DNA of 64,000 nt, from NCBI GenBank assembly GCA_964418315.1, contig CAYQMO010000002.1, positions 579 through 64,578 on the forward strand, in the 5' to 3' direction. Below, one piece after another: positions 44,775-52,991 of this stretch; positions within the stretch are counted from its first letter, which is position 1, and every line of letters starts with the position of its first letter. Origin of the DNA: an uncultured Geobacter sp. Lineage in GTDB: Bacteria > Desulfobacterota > Desulfuromonadia > Geobacterales > Pseudopelobacteraceae. A program made the translations under genes and the position numbers. Below the pieces are notes generated by a model. That model made no database searches. It saw only the letters and a list, made by a program, of their open reading frames with translations, and was not told where the DNA came from.

Positions 44775-47696
44775 ATGCTCTCCAAAGAGACAAAAAAGAA
44801 AATAGATGATGCTCGCGATATTTTGGTGGGGCAACTGCCACTACCGTCTGATCAGGTCGAACTGATAACCATCGCTCTGATTTACAAGTTCATGGATGAT
44901 CAGGATGAGGATCTTCGTCAGCTTGATTTTGCGGAAGCGTTTTTCTCCGGTGATCTGAAACAATATTCATGGCAGCGCTTGATGAGTAATGAAATCGATG
45001 CCGATGAACGGGTGAATGTATTCACCAAAGGGATTGAGGAAATTCAGAAGGCAGCGCACATTCCTCTCCTGTTCCGTGAAATATTCAAAAACACTTTTCT
45101 CAAATTTCGCGATGGCCGTACCCTGCACCTTTTTCTCGGAGTCATCAACGGCTTCAGCTATGATCACAGTGAAGAGCTGGGCAACGCCTTTGAATATCTG
45201 CTGATGAGCATGGGGGCACAGGGGGAGAACGGTCAGTTTCGCACACCACGCAACATCATCGACTTCATTGTTGAGGTGGTCGATCCGGACAAGGGTGACA
45301 CTATCCTCGACCCGGCCTGCGGTACCGGCGGCTTTCTCCTCTCTGCATATAAGCACATTCTGCGGAAATACACGACCGACCGTGAACATTACCGGATAAC
45401 GCTTAACAACGAAGAAATCGAAGGAATACCGGTCAACTGGGGTGACAAGCTAACTACCCAGGATCTGAAACAGTTAGGCGTCAGCATTGAGGGATATGAC
45501 ATCACCCCGCAGATGACGCGGCTTGCCAAAGTAAATCTCTATCTGCACCAGTTCAAAAGCCCCCGCATTCACGAATACGACACCCTTACGTCAGAAGGTC
45601 GCTGGAAGGATAAGTACGACTGCATCCTAGCCAATCCGCCGTTTATGACGCCAAAGGGTGGTGTCTCGACTCACTCCAAATTCCGTATCCGCGCCACCAA
45701 GGCGGAAGTGCTCTTTTCTGATTACATCCTGGAACACCTCACCCCCGATGGCATGGCCGGTTTCATCGTGCCGGAAGGGATCATTTTTCAGAACAGTGAT
45801 GATTATGTGGAACTGCGCAAATGGCTGGTAAATGGTGCCGGTCTTTGGGCGGTGGTATCTCTGCCAGCCCAGATTTTCCAGCCTTACTCGGGTGTTAAGA
45901 CTTCGATCCTGTTCATTGATCGCAAGATAGCGCGAAGCCGGGATGAGATTATTCTCGTCAAGGTGGAAAGCGATGGTTATACCCTCAACACCAACCGCGT
46001 ACCGACAGCCAGGAACGATTTGCCAGAGGCGTTAAATCTTCTGACTATCGGGAAAAAGAGTCTGGATGAGTTGCGTGATTATCTGGAGAAGAACGGTGGC
46101 AAGCAGGATATGCCCAAGGCATTGATCAAACCACGTAGCGAGTTTGCCCGATTGGATGCCTACAAAGCGCAGAGCGCGGCGTTCAGCCTGATTCGCAAGC
46201 AGCATGAAAAGTGTCTGGCGGTGGAAGAGGAAATTCAACTTCTACCCCATCCCCTCCCTAACCCTCCCCTTGAAGGGGAGGGGACAAAAAACCTTCCTCC
46301 GGCTGAGAAGAAGAAAGCTGATGAAGTGGAGAAGAAGCGAGTTCGACTTAAGGCCGCTTTGACTAAACAAATCGCAGAATTTTTCAAGATAGCCGGAACT
46401 GCCTACAACAAAATCCTCCCTCCCCTTCAAGGGGAGGGTCGGGGTGGGGATGGGGTGATTGCCCTTCAGTCATACTTTGATAACAACTTGAAAGAGGCTG
46501 TCATTGCTTATGGTGCAGATGGCACAAAGGTCGGTGATCTCACTCCGCACCTGCGCGACTATCTGGACGGGTTGCGGGAATATAGTTTGAGTTTTGATAA
46601 ATATGCTGGAGGGAATGGGCCAACAGTGCACGCTATACACGAGATGGTATTGCTTGGTGACGTTTGTTCTTTTGAATATGGCAAACCCCTGAAAGAAGAA
46701 AATCGTATAAATGGAGAGTTTCCGGTTTATGGTTCAAACGGAATTGTTGGTTATCACAACGAATTTTTAGTAGAAGCACCATTTCTCGTTGTTGGTAGAA
46801 AGGGAAGTGCCGGTTCTGTCCATTATTCTGAGAAGAGCGGCTTTCCGATCGATACAACGTTTTTTGTCAAACTTGCGCAGGAAGATAAAATACTGTTGAA
46901 GTACCTTTATCCATTGCTTCAAAAGCTGAGTCTGAAAGACCTTAACACTCAAGCGGGAGTTCCCGGACTTAACAGGAATGACGCTTATCAACTTCAAATC
47001 CCACTTCCTTCCCTCGAAATCCAGAAGCAGATTGTCGCAGAAATTGAGACGTACCAGAAGGTTGTAGACGGCTGCAATCTGATTATTGAGAACTACAAGC
47101 CAGAAATACAGATAAATTCTGAGTGGCCTATGGATGAGCTTGATAGTCTGTGTGACATTGTAAGAGGAAGCTCTCCAAGGCCGCAGGGTGACCCTAAACT
47201 TTTCGGTGGACCAGTTCCAAGACTGATGATTGCAGATATAACACGTGATGGGATGAGGGTTACGCCTAAAATTGATTCATTGACCGATCTTGGTGCAACG
47301 AAAAGTCGCCCAATGGATTCTGGTAGCGTCGTTATGGCGGTTAGCGGCAATCCTGGCCTGCCAGCAATCCTAAAAGTTAATGCATGCATCCATGACGGTT
47401 TTGTTGGATTCAGGCAGTTAGATACATCTCAAATCATACACGAATTTCTTTACTATGTCCTTCTTGACAAAAAAGACGAACACGGTTCACAGTCTGTAGG
47501 TTCTGTATTTAAAAACCTGACAACTGACCAAATTCGAGCAATCAAAATCCCCCTCCCTCCACTCGAAACCCAGCAAAAAATAGTCGCTGAACTTGAGCAA
47601 GAAATGTCTGCCGTGGCAGGTGCCAAGCGCCTGAAAGCCAAGATGGAAGCCCGTATCCGCACCACCATCAGCAGGGTGTGGGGAGAGAAGGCATGA
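44775..47696 (+). CDS. Fused Type I-like methyltransferase-specificity protein (HsdM N-terminal ~470 aa + two-TRD HsdS C-terminal ~350 aa)
   Basis: The MTase part has FRTPRNIIDFIVEVV, DPACGTGGFL (motif I) and LANPPFMTPKGG (motif IV). The S part has two variable TRDs, each followed by a conserved helix: IPLPSLEIQKQIVAEIETYQKVVD and IPLPPLETQQKIVAELEQEMSAV. ATG at 44775 has an AAGGAA Shine-Dalgarno sequence. Confidence 0.85.
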   Translation: MLSKETKKKIDDARDILVGQLPLPSDQVELITIALIYKFMDDQDEDLRQLDFAEAFFSGDLKQYSWQRLMSNEIDADERVNVFTKGIEEIQKAAHIPLLFREIFKNTFLKFRDGRTLHLFLGVINGFSYDHSEELGNAFEYLLMSMGAQGENGQFRTPRNIIDFIVEVVDPDKGDTILDPACGTGGFLLSAYKHILRKYTTDREHYRITLNNEEIEGIPVNWGDKLTTQDLKQLGVSIEGYDITPQMTRLAKVNLYLHQFKSPRIHEYDTLTSEGRWKDKYDCILANPPFMTPKGGVSTHSKFRIRATKAEVLFSDYILEHLTPDGMAGFIVPEGIIFQNSDDYVELRKWLVNGAGLWAVVSLPAQIFQPYSGVKTSILFIDRKIARSRDEIILVKVESDGYTLNTNRVPTARNDLPEALNLLTIGKKSLDELRDYLEKNGGKQDMPKALIKPRSEFARLDAYKAQSAAFSLIRKQHEKCLAVEEEIQLLPHPLPNPPLEGEGTKNLPPAEKKKADEVEKKRVRLKAALTKQIAEFFKIAGTAYNKILPPLQGEGRGGDGVIALQSYFDNNLKEAVIAYGADGTKVGDLTPHLRDYLDGLREYSLSFDKYAGGNGPTVHAIHEMVLLGDVCSFEYGKPLKEENRINGEFPVYGSNGIVGYHNEFLVEAPFLVVGRKGSAGSVHYSEKSGFPIDTTFFVKLAQEDKILLKYLYPLLQKLSLKDLNTQAGVPGLNRNDAYQLQIPLPSLEIQKQIVAEIETYQKVVDGCNLIIENYKPEIQINSEWPMDELDSLCDIVRGSSPRPQGDPKLFGGPVPRLMIADITRDGMRVTPKIDSLTDLGATKSRPMDSGSVVMAVSGNPGLPAILKVNACIHDGFVGFRQLDTSQIIHEFLYYVLLDKKDEHGSQSVGSVFKNLTTDQIRAIKIPLPPLETQQKIVAELEQEMSAVAGAKRLKAKMEARIRTTISRVWGEKA
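46244..46283. repeat. Family-A palindromic element, forward orientation, in frame in the M-S linker
   Basis: ACCCCATCCCCTCCCTAACCCTCCCCTTGAAGGGGAGGGG is translated as LPHPLPNPPLEGEG. It matches the reverse complement of 46417-46456 at 36 of 40 positions. Confidence 0.85.
46417..46456. repeat. Family-A palindromic element, reverse orientation, in frame in the M-S linker
   Basis: TCCCTCCCCTTCAAGGGGAGGGTCGGGGTGGGGATGGGGT is translated as ILPPLQGEGRGGDGV. Its reverse complement is identical to 5111-5150. Confidence 0.85.
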
Positions 47697-47947
47697 GTCA
47701 AAATCAACGTCAAAACCAACCCCCCTCAGTCCCCCCTTATCAGGGGGGAGGCTTTTTAGCTCCCTCCCCTGATAAGGGGAGGGTCGGGGAGGGGTTTGCT
47801 TTTGACTCTGGTTCTGACTCTACCTTCCTCCCTTACAGCAAAAACCTCACCGCTCTTGCCCGTGAAAACCGCTGTAACCCTACAAAAGCCGAAAGCAAAA
47901 TCTGGCGCGAAGATCTTATGCTTCGGCTTATGCAGGTGACATCCTGA
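47693..47947 (+). CDS. 84-aa micro-ORF: repeat-derived N-terminus plus only the N-terminal helix of a DUF559-type (Vsr-like endonuclease) protein; possibly a gene remnant
   Basis: The start overlaps the hsdMS stop (ATGA) and the stop overlaps the darT start (TGATG). LPYSKNLTALARENRCNPTKAESKIWRE matches the usual DUF559 leader (LPYN..L...AR.LR.N.T.AE..LW..L). No nuclease core follows. Confidence 0.4.
   Translation: MSQNQRQNQPPSVPPYQGGGFLAPSPDKGRVGEGFAFDSGSDSTFLPYSKNLTALARENRCNPTKAESKIWREDLMLRLMQVTS
47713..47798. repeat. Head-to-head doublet of family-A-like elements downstream of hsdMS
   Basis: AAAACCAACCCCCCTCAG-TCCCCCCTTATCAGGGGGGA (47713-47751) and CTCCCTCCCCTGATAAGGGGAGGG-TCGGGGAGGGGTTTG (47760-47798). 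The outer tails are mutually inverted. Confidence 0.7.
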
Positions 47948-48594
47948 TGCCAGCGCCCCAACCCACCCCAATATACCGCATCCTCCACATCGACAACCTG
48001 CCGGCTATTCTTCAGCGTGGTGGTCTGCATGCACCTAATTTTACGCCGGATGATGGTTTTGTGTATCGCGCCATTCACAACACCGACGTTCAGGCAGCAC
48101 GACGGGCGTGCTCAATTCCATGTGGGCCAGGTGGGACTGCGCATGACTATGTGCCGTTCTATTTCGGTTATCTTGCCGTGATGCTTCTCAATCTCAAGAC
48201 GGGTAGAGTTTCTGGCTATAATCAGGGTCAGGAACCGTTGATATATCTCGTGAGCACAGCACAATCAATAGTAGAAAACGGCGCTGAAATTGTGTTCTCC
48301 GATGGTCATGGATTAGCTGCCCTTACGAGTTGGTATGATTCATTGTGTCACTTTGATGAAATTGACTGGAACATCGTCTGCCAGCGTTACTGGCGTGATA
48401 ACGATGAGGATAATGACCGGCAGCGCCGCAAACAAGCCGAATTTCTGATTCATAGATGGTGTGATTGGACACTTATCAAAGAAATCGGAGTGCAGAACAA
48501 TAAAATTCGTGATATTGTCGCCACCCATCTCAACAAATTTTCCGGACGACAACAGCCAATCGTAACGGTGCGACCTGAATGGTATTATTTCTGA
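47947..48594 (+). CDS. darT: DarT (DUF4433) ssDNA ADP-ribosyltransferase toxin
   Basis: IYRILHIDNLPAILQRGGLHA is the typical DUF4433 start. YVPFYF and the conserved KQAEFLIH segment, which carries the putative catalytic Glu, are present. Length is 215 aa. An AGGTGA Shine-Dalgarno sequence lies 7 nt upstream. Confidence 0.85.
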   Translation: MPAPQPTPIYRILHIDNLPAILQRGGLHAPNFTPDDGFVYRAIHNTDVQAARRACSIPCGPGGTAHDYVPFYFGYLAVMLLNLKTGRVSGYNQGQEPLIYLVSTAQSIVENGAEIVFSDGHGLAALTSWYDSLCHFDEIDWNIVCQRYWRDNDEDNDRQRRKQAEFLIHRWCDWTLIKEIGVQNNKIRDIVATHLNKFSGRQQPIVTVRPEWYYF

Positions 48595-48604
48595 AGAGGG
48601 TTCT

Positions 48605-49675
48605 ATGATCAACTATACTAACGGAAATTTGCTAAAAGCTGAGGCTGATGCACTAGTAAACACCGTGAACTGCATTGGTTTTATGGGTAAAGGTATTGCC
48701 CTACAGTTCAAACAGGCGTTTCCGGAAAACTTTAGAGCATATGAGCGCGCTTGTAAGTCGAATGCAGTACAGCCAGGGAGGATGTTTATTTTTCCCACCG
48801 GCACTATGTTAAATCCACGCTACATAATCAACTTTCCGACCAAACGTCACTGGAGAGGTGACTCGCGACTGGAGGATATTGAGTCTGGCCTCAAAGCACT
48901 GATTGAAGAAATAAGATCTCTCAATATTAGATCAATTGCTGTGCCACCGCTTGGGTGTGGCAATGGTAAACTCGACTGGGATGTGGTGCGCCCCATGATG
49001 GAACTGGCCTTTGCTCAGTTGCCTGAGGTTGAGGTTACGCTTTATGCACCACAAAGTGCGCCGGAGGCAGCTAGTATGCCAGTTGCTACCAGTCGTCCGG
49101 AGCTTACTATTGCACGAGCCTTGTTTATAAAGCTTATGGACTGCTATTCGGTACTTGATTATCGACGTACACTATTAGAAATCCAGAAACTTGCTTATTT
49201 CCTTCAAGAGGCAGGAGAGCCACTTCGTCTCAAGTATGAAGCAGGACATTATGGCCCTTATGCCACCAACCTCAATAAGGTGCTTGAGCGCCTGGAAGGA
49301 CACTTTATTCGCGGTTATGGCGATAGCCAAAAACCTGATACCGAGATTGAGTTATTGTCGGGGGCAGTACAGGAAGCAGAGATCTTCCTGACAAATAAAC
49401 ATGATTCGCTTGACAGAATGAAGATGGTCTGCGCTTTGATCGAAGGCTTTGAAACGCCCCACGGCATGGAGTTACTGGCAACTGTTCACTGGGTCGCCCA
49501 TTACGCTACTACAAAAGCGACGGATGAAGACACTGCAATTAGTGCCGTACAGCAGTGGAGTGCTCGTAAAATGAGGATGTTCCGTCCACAACACATACGC
49601 ATTGCATGGAAACGGCTAGTGCATTGCGGCTGGCTGGATTTGCCGAATCAACTTATGTTGTCATCACGAGGCTGA
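48605..49675 (+). CDS. darG: DarG antitoxin (N-terminal macrodomain + C-terminal DarT-binding domain)
   Basis: NGNLLKAEADALVNTVNCIGFMGKGIALQFKQAFPEN...IINFPTKRHWRGDSRLEDIESGL...SIAVPPLGCGNGKLDW is a macrodomain. Length is 356 aa. The gene starts 10 nt after darT. Confidence 0.85.
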   Translation: MINYTNGNLLKAEADALVNTVNCIGFMGKGIALQFKQAFPENFRAYERACKSNAVQPGRMFIFPTGTMLNPRYIINFPTKRHWRGDSRLEDIESGLKALIEEIRSLNIRSIAVPPLGCGNGKLDWDVVRPMMELAFAQLPEVEVTLYAPQSAPEAASMPVATSRPELTIARALFIKLMDCYSVLDYRRTLLEIQKLAYFLQEAGEPLRLKYEAGHYGPYATNLNKVLERLEGHFIRGYGDSQKPDTEIELLSGAVQEAEIFLTNKHDSLDRMKMVCALIEGFETPHGMELLATVHWVAHYATTKATDEDTAISAVQQWSARKMRMFRPQHIRIAWKRLVHCGWLDLPNQLMLSSRG

Positions 49676-49677
49676 TT

Positions 49678-51867
49678 ATGCCCCAACCGCTTGACGTAGT
49701 AATCGTATGGCATATGCATCAGCCATACTACAAGGATCCGCTGAAAAATGAATATGCTCTCCCCTGGACTTATCTTCACGGCATCAAGGATTATTTTGAT
49801 ATGCCGGCCATTATTGAAGATACTCCCGGTGCCAGGGCGGTATTCAATCTCGTTCCTTCACTGATAGAACAGTTGCTGGAGTATGCCTCCGGAATTGCGG
49901 TTGATCCGTTCCTTGAGAAGGGTAAGGCGGCACCGTCAGAACTGACTATTGAGGATCGGATCTTCCTGCTGGAAAATTTCTTCTCGGCAAACCGTCAGAA
50001 TATGATCGAACCTTCGCGGCGCTACCTCGAACTGCTCTATATGGCTGGAGAGGGGAAGGCTGGGAGCGCGGCAGAACGCGTCAAACATTTTACCGAGCAG
50101 GATATCCTTGATTTGCAGGTCTGGTTCTTCCTGGCCTGGACGGGTGAGGCGGCCCGCCGAAGGTATCCCGCTTTTGCCGAACTTGTCGCCAAGGGGGAAA
50201 ACTTTACCGCCACCGATAAAAATCTGCTTTTTTCAACTCAGTTAGAGGTGTTGCAGGCGATACTGCCGCTCTATAAACGTCTCCATGAGCAGGGGCGCAT
50301 TGAGCTGTCAGTGACCCCCTATTATCATCCGATTATGCCGTTACTCTGCGACCAGAAAATTGCTCTGACCGCCATGCCTCGAGTGACCCTTCCAGTTGCC
50401 GGTTTTTGTCATCCGGAAGATGCCCGCGCCCAGATCCGTCGTGGAATTGTCTATTTCCGAAAAATATTCGGCTTCAATCCGACCGGAATGTGGCCTTCTG
50501 AGGGTTCTGTCAGCAACGAGGTTTTGGCGCTCATCGCCGGGAGTGGCATTTCCTGGATTGCATCTGATGAGGAGATCCTTGAAAAAAGCATGGATGGCGG
50601 TCTTGGCGCCGGCAAGGAGAGGCTCTACCGCCCCTGGCGATACAGCTGCAGTCAGGGAGAAATCGGGGCATTCTTTCGCGATCATCAGCTCTCAGACTTG
50701 ATCGGCTTTACCTATTCGCAGTGGGAGACAGGAAGGGCGGTGACTGACCTCTGCGGACGTCTGGATGCCATCAAGTCCCGTCTGGGGGGCGACGGTCGAG
50801 TCGTATCGATCATCCTTGATGGCGAAAATGCCTGGGAGTACTACCCCAATAACGCCTACGATTTTCTGCAGGGGATGTACCTGGGAATTGCCGGATCAGC
50901 CACGCTTCGCCTGACTACCTGTAGTGACGTGCTGAAAAATACTAATTTTGAAGGGCGGCTGCATTCAATTTTTCCCGGTTCATGGATAAGCGGTAATTAC
51001 AGCATCTGGATCGGTCATCCGGAGGAGAATCTCGCCTGGGATCTGATTGCCCATGCTCGTGAAGCGGCTCTGTCCGGCAATCCATTCGTTGCCGCCACTC
51101 TCGAAAGCGGAGAGCCTTCTGGGGACGCCACCGCAGAGATGATCTGCCGCTCTCTCTATGCTGCCGAAGGGAGTGACTGGTTCTGGTGGTATGGAGATGA
51201 CCATTTTTCTCCCCACAGCGACCGTTTCGACAGCCTGTTCCGCCAGCACTTGATGAATATCTATCGGCTTCTGGGTCAGGATCCTCCGCGTGAGCTGCTG
51301 GAGCCGATCAAGAAGAAGAACCCTGCCGGATTGATTCGGGAGCCGGCCGCATTTATCGATCCGGAGATCAACGGCAGGATCAACGACTATTTTGAATGGC
51401 TGGCGGCCGGCCTGTATGATCTGACCCGCCAGGGCTCGGCCATGCATTCATCCGACCGGATGCTCCAGAGTTTCTACTATGGCTTCAACGAGAAGTCGCT
51501 TTTCTTCAGAATTGACGGCGTTCAGGATCTTTCCCGGTTATTGAAGGGAGATGATCAGCTTAATCTGCACCTTATCTACGATCATGATTACCGATTGCCG
51601 ATGCAGACTAAGAACGATGAGGGGCTATTGCTGATAAAGGAAAATGGCGTATGGAAGCCGACCAACAGCATCTGCAACTGGAAGATTGTAAAGACCTGCG
51701 AGATCAGCATCCCTCTTGAGAGCATCAAGCTGAGCCCTGAGAGCAAGCTGTTCGTATCAATAACTCTGATACGCGACAACGAGGAGATCGGCCGTTGGCC
51801 GAGCGACGCCCCGCTTATGATCTATTATGCGGGAGCGCATATCGAACTGGATAATTGGTTGATATAG
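49678..51867 (+). CDS. Glycoside hydrolase family 57 protein (alpha-glucan active)
   Basis: VVIVWHMHQPYYKDP...LPWTYLHGIKDYFDM, then ELSVTPYYHPIMPLL and DGENAWEYY. The ATG at 49678 lies 2 nt after the darG stop and has a GAGG Shine-Dalgarno sequence. Confidence 0.88.
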   Translation: MPQPLDVVIVWHMHQPYYKDPLKNEYALPWTYLHGIKDYFDMPAIIEDTPGARAVFNLVPSLIEQLLEYASGIAVDPFLEKGKAAPSELTIEDRIFLLENFFSANRQNMIEPSRRYLELLYMAGEGKAGSAAERVKHFTEQDILDLQVWFFLAWTGEAARRRYPAFAELVAKGENFTATDKNLLFSTQLEVLQAILPLYKRLHEQGRIELSVTPYYHPIMPLLCDQKIALTAMPRVTLPVAGFCHPEDARAQIRRGIVYFRKIFGFNPTGMWPSEGSVSNEVLALIAGSGISWIASDEEILEKSMDGGLGAGKERLYRPWRYSCSQGEIGAFFRDHQLSDLIGFTYSQWETGRAVTDLCGRLDAIKSRLGGDGRVVSIILDGENAWEYYPNNAYDFLQGMYLGIAGSATLRLTTCSDVLKNTNFEGRLHSIFPGSWISGNYSIWIGHPEENLAWDLIAHAREAALSGNPFVAATLESGEPSGDATAEMICRSLYAAEGSDWFWWYGDDHFSPHSDRFDSLFRQHLMNIYRLLGQDPPRELLEPIKKKNPAGLIREPAAFIDPEINGRINDYFEWLAAGLYDLTRQGSAMHSSDRMLQSFYYGFNEKSLFFRIDGVQDLSRLLKGDDQLNLHLIYDHDYRLPMQTKNDEGLLLIKENGVWKPTNSICNWKIVKTCEISIPLESIKLSPESKLFVSITLIRDNEEIGRWPSDAPLMIYYAGAHIELDNWLI

Positions 51868-51965
51868 TTCTTGGGTTGATATAGTTCTTGGTTCGTTGTT
51901 CAAGGTTCAAGGTTTTAACCACGAACCAACAACCACGAACGTTGAACCATTTTTGGGGAGGAGAC

Positions 51966-52991
51966 ATGTCAGAACTACGCTGGGATCCGATAAAGCTGCA
52001 CTGGGTAATCATTGCCACCGAGAGGGGTCGCCGTCCACGAGATTTTCAAGTGGAGCCGGAACAGAACGGTTCAGTCGCCTGTCCTTTCTGTTACGGAAAC
52101 GAGGATAAAACCCCGCCGGAAATTTTCGCTATTCGTCCGAACGGAGCTCCAAACGCCGCAAACTGGCGGGTACGGGTCATTCCGAATAAATACCCTGCCC
52201 TGCGAGTCGAGGGAGAACTGAACAATCACGGCTACGGCATGTACGACGTTATGAACGGCATCGGTGCTCATGAAGTGATCATTGAGACTCCTGATCACGA
52301 TCGGACTCTCGCCGATTTGACTCACCTTGAAATAGCAGAGGTACTGTCTGCATACCGTCATCGTTATCTTGATTTGCGCAAAGACATCCGCTTCCGTTAC
52401 ATGGTGCTGTTCAAAAACCATGGCATTCGAGCCGGGGCGTCGCTGCACCATCCTCACAGCCAGCTTATTGCTGTGCCGCTTCTGCCGCCGGTGGCAAGTA
52501 CGCAACTGAAAGTTTCCCGCAACTATTTCATTGAGAAAGAGCGCTGTGTTTTCTGTGATCTGATTGAATTCGAGCTGCGTGAAGGGGTTCGTGTGGTAAA
52601 GGAATTTTCCAATTTCGTGACGCTGACTCCGTATGCGTCCTGTTCCCCATTTGAACTGCGGCTCTATCCAAAGCGTCACAGTCATGATTTTGCCCTGATG
52701 AACGATGTCCAGTTGGGGGAGTTGGCGGTGGCAATGAAAGATATGCTGCTGAGGGTCAAAACTGTGCTGCGCGATGCGCCATATAATTTCATCCTGCACA
52801 CCGCTCCACCCATGCATCGCCGCCCTGGCAAACCTGAACAGTGGAATGCGCTGGAGTACGACTATCACTGGCACATTGAGCTGGTGCCGCGACTTACACA
52901 GATGGCCGGTTTTGAGTGGGGCACCGGTTTTTTTATCAATCCTACGTCACCTGAGGATGCTGCACTGTTTCTGAGAGAGGCGGATGTCTGA
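51966..52991 (+). CDS. GalT-like HIT-family hexose-1-phosphate nucleotidyltransferase
   Basis: LRWDPIKLHWVIIATERGRRP, the Zn site CPFCYGNE, and the active site HHPHSQLIA. ATG at 51966 has a GGGGAGGAG Shine-Dalgarno sequence. Confidence 0.85.
   Translation: MSELRWDPIKLHWVIIATERGRRPRDFQVEPEQNGSVACPFCYGNEDKTPPEIFAIRPNGAPNAANWRVRVIPNKYPALRVEGELNNHGYGMYDVMNGIGAHEVIIETPDHDRTLADLTHLEIAEVLSAYRHRYLDLRKDIRFRYMVLFKNHGIRAGASLHHPHSQLIAVPLLPPVASTQLKVSRNYFIEKERCVFCDLIEFELREGVRVVKEFSNFVTLTPYASCSPFELRLYPKRHSHDFALMNDVQLGELAVAMKDMLLRVKTVLRDAPYNFILHTAPPMHRRPGKPEQWNALEYDYHWHIELVPRLTQMAGFEWGTGFFINPTSPEDAALFLREADV

Noticed and set aside
46244-46456. The idea that the inverted 40-nt pair in hsdMS is an invertible phase-variation switch
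   Set aside because: No recombinase gene is nearby and the arms are only 40 nt (36/40 match). By my hand calculation, inversion would bring a TGA (antisense of TCA at 46384-46386) into the hsdMS frame and simply truncate the protein. This remains speculation without read evidence.
42114-49677. Prophage or integrative element interpretation of the defence island
   Set aside because: No integrase, excisionase, transposase, phage structural genes, tRNA target or att-like direct repeats are visible in or next to the island.
36727-52874. Other long antisense ORFs (36727..37329, 37035..37565, 39657..40394, 40289..40825, 52071..52874, 32387..32911, 54549..55334)
   Set aside because: Each lies opposite a confidently recognised gene (cysS, the ManC-like gene, the GalT-like gene, gyrA, the zinc-ribbon protein). 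None has a recognisable motif or ribosome-binding site.
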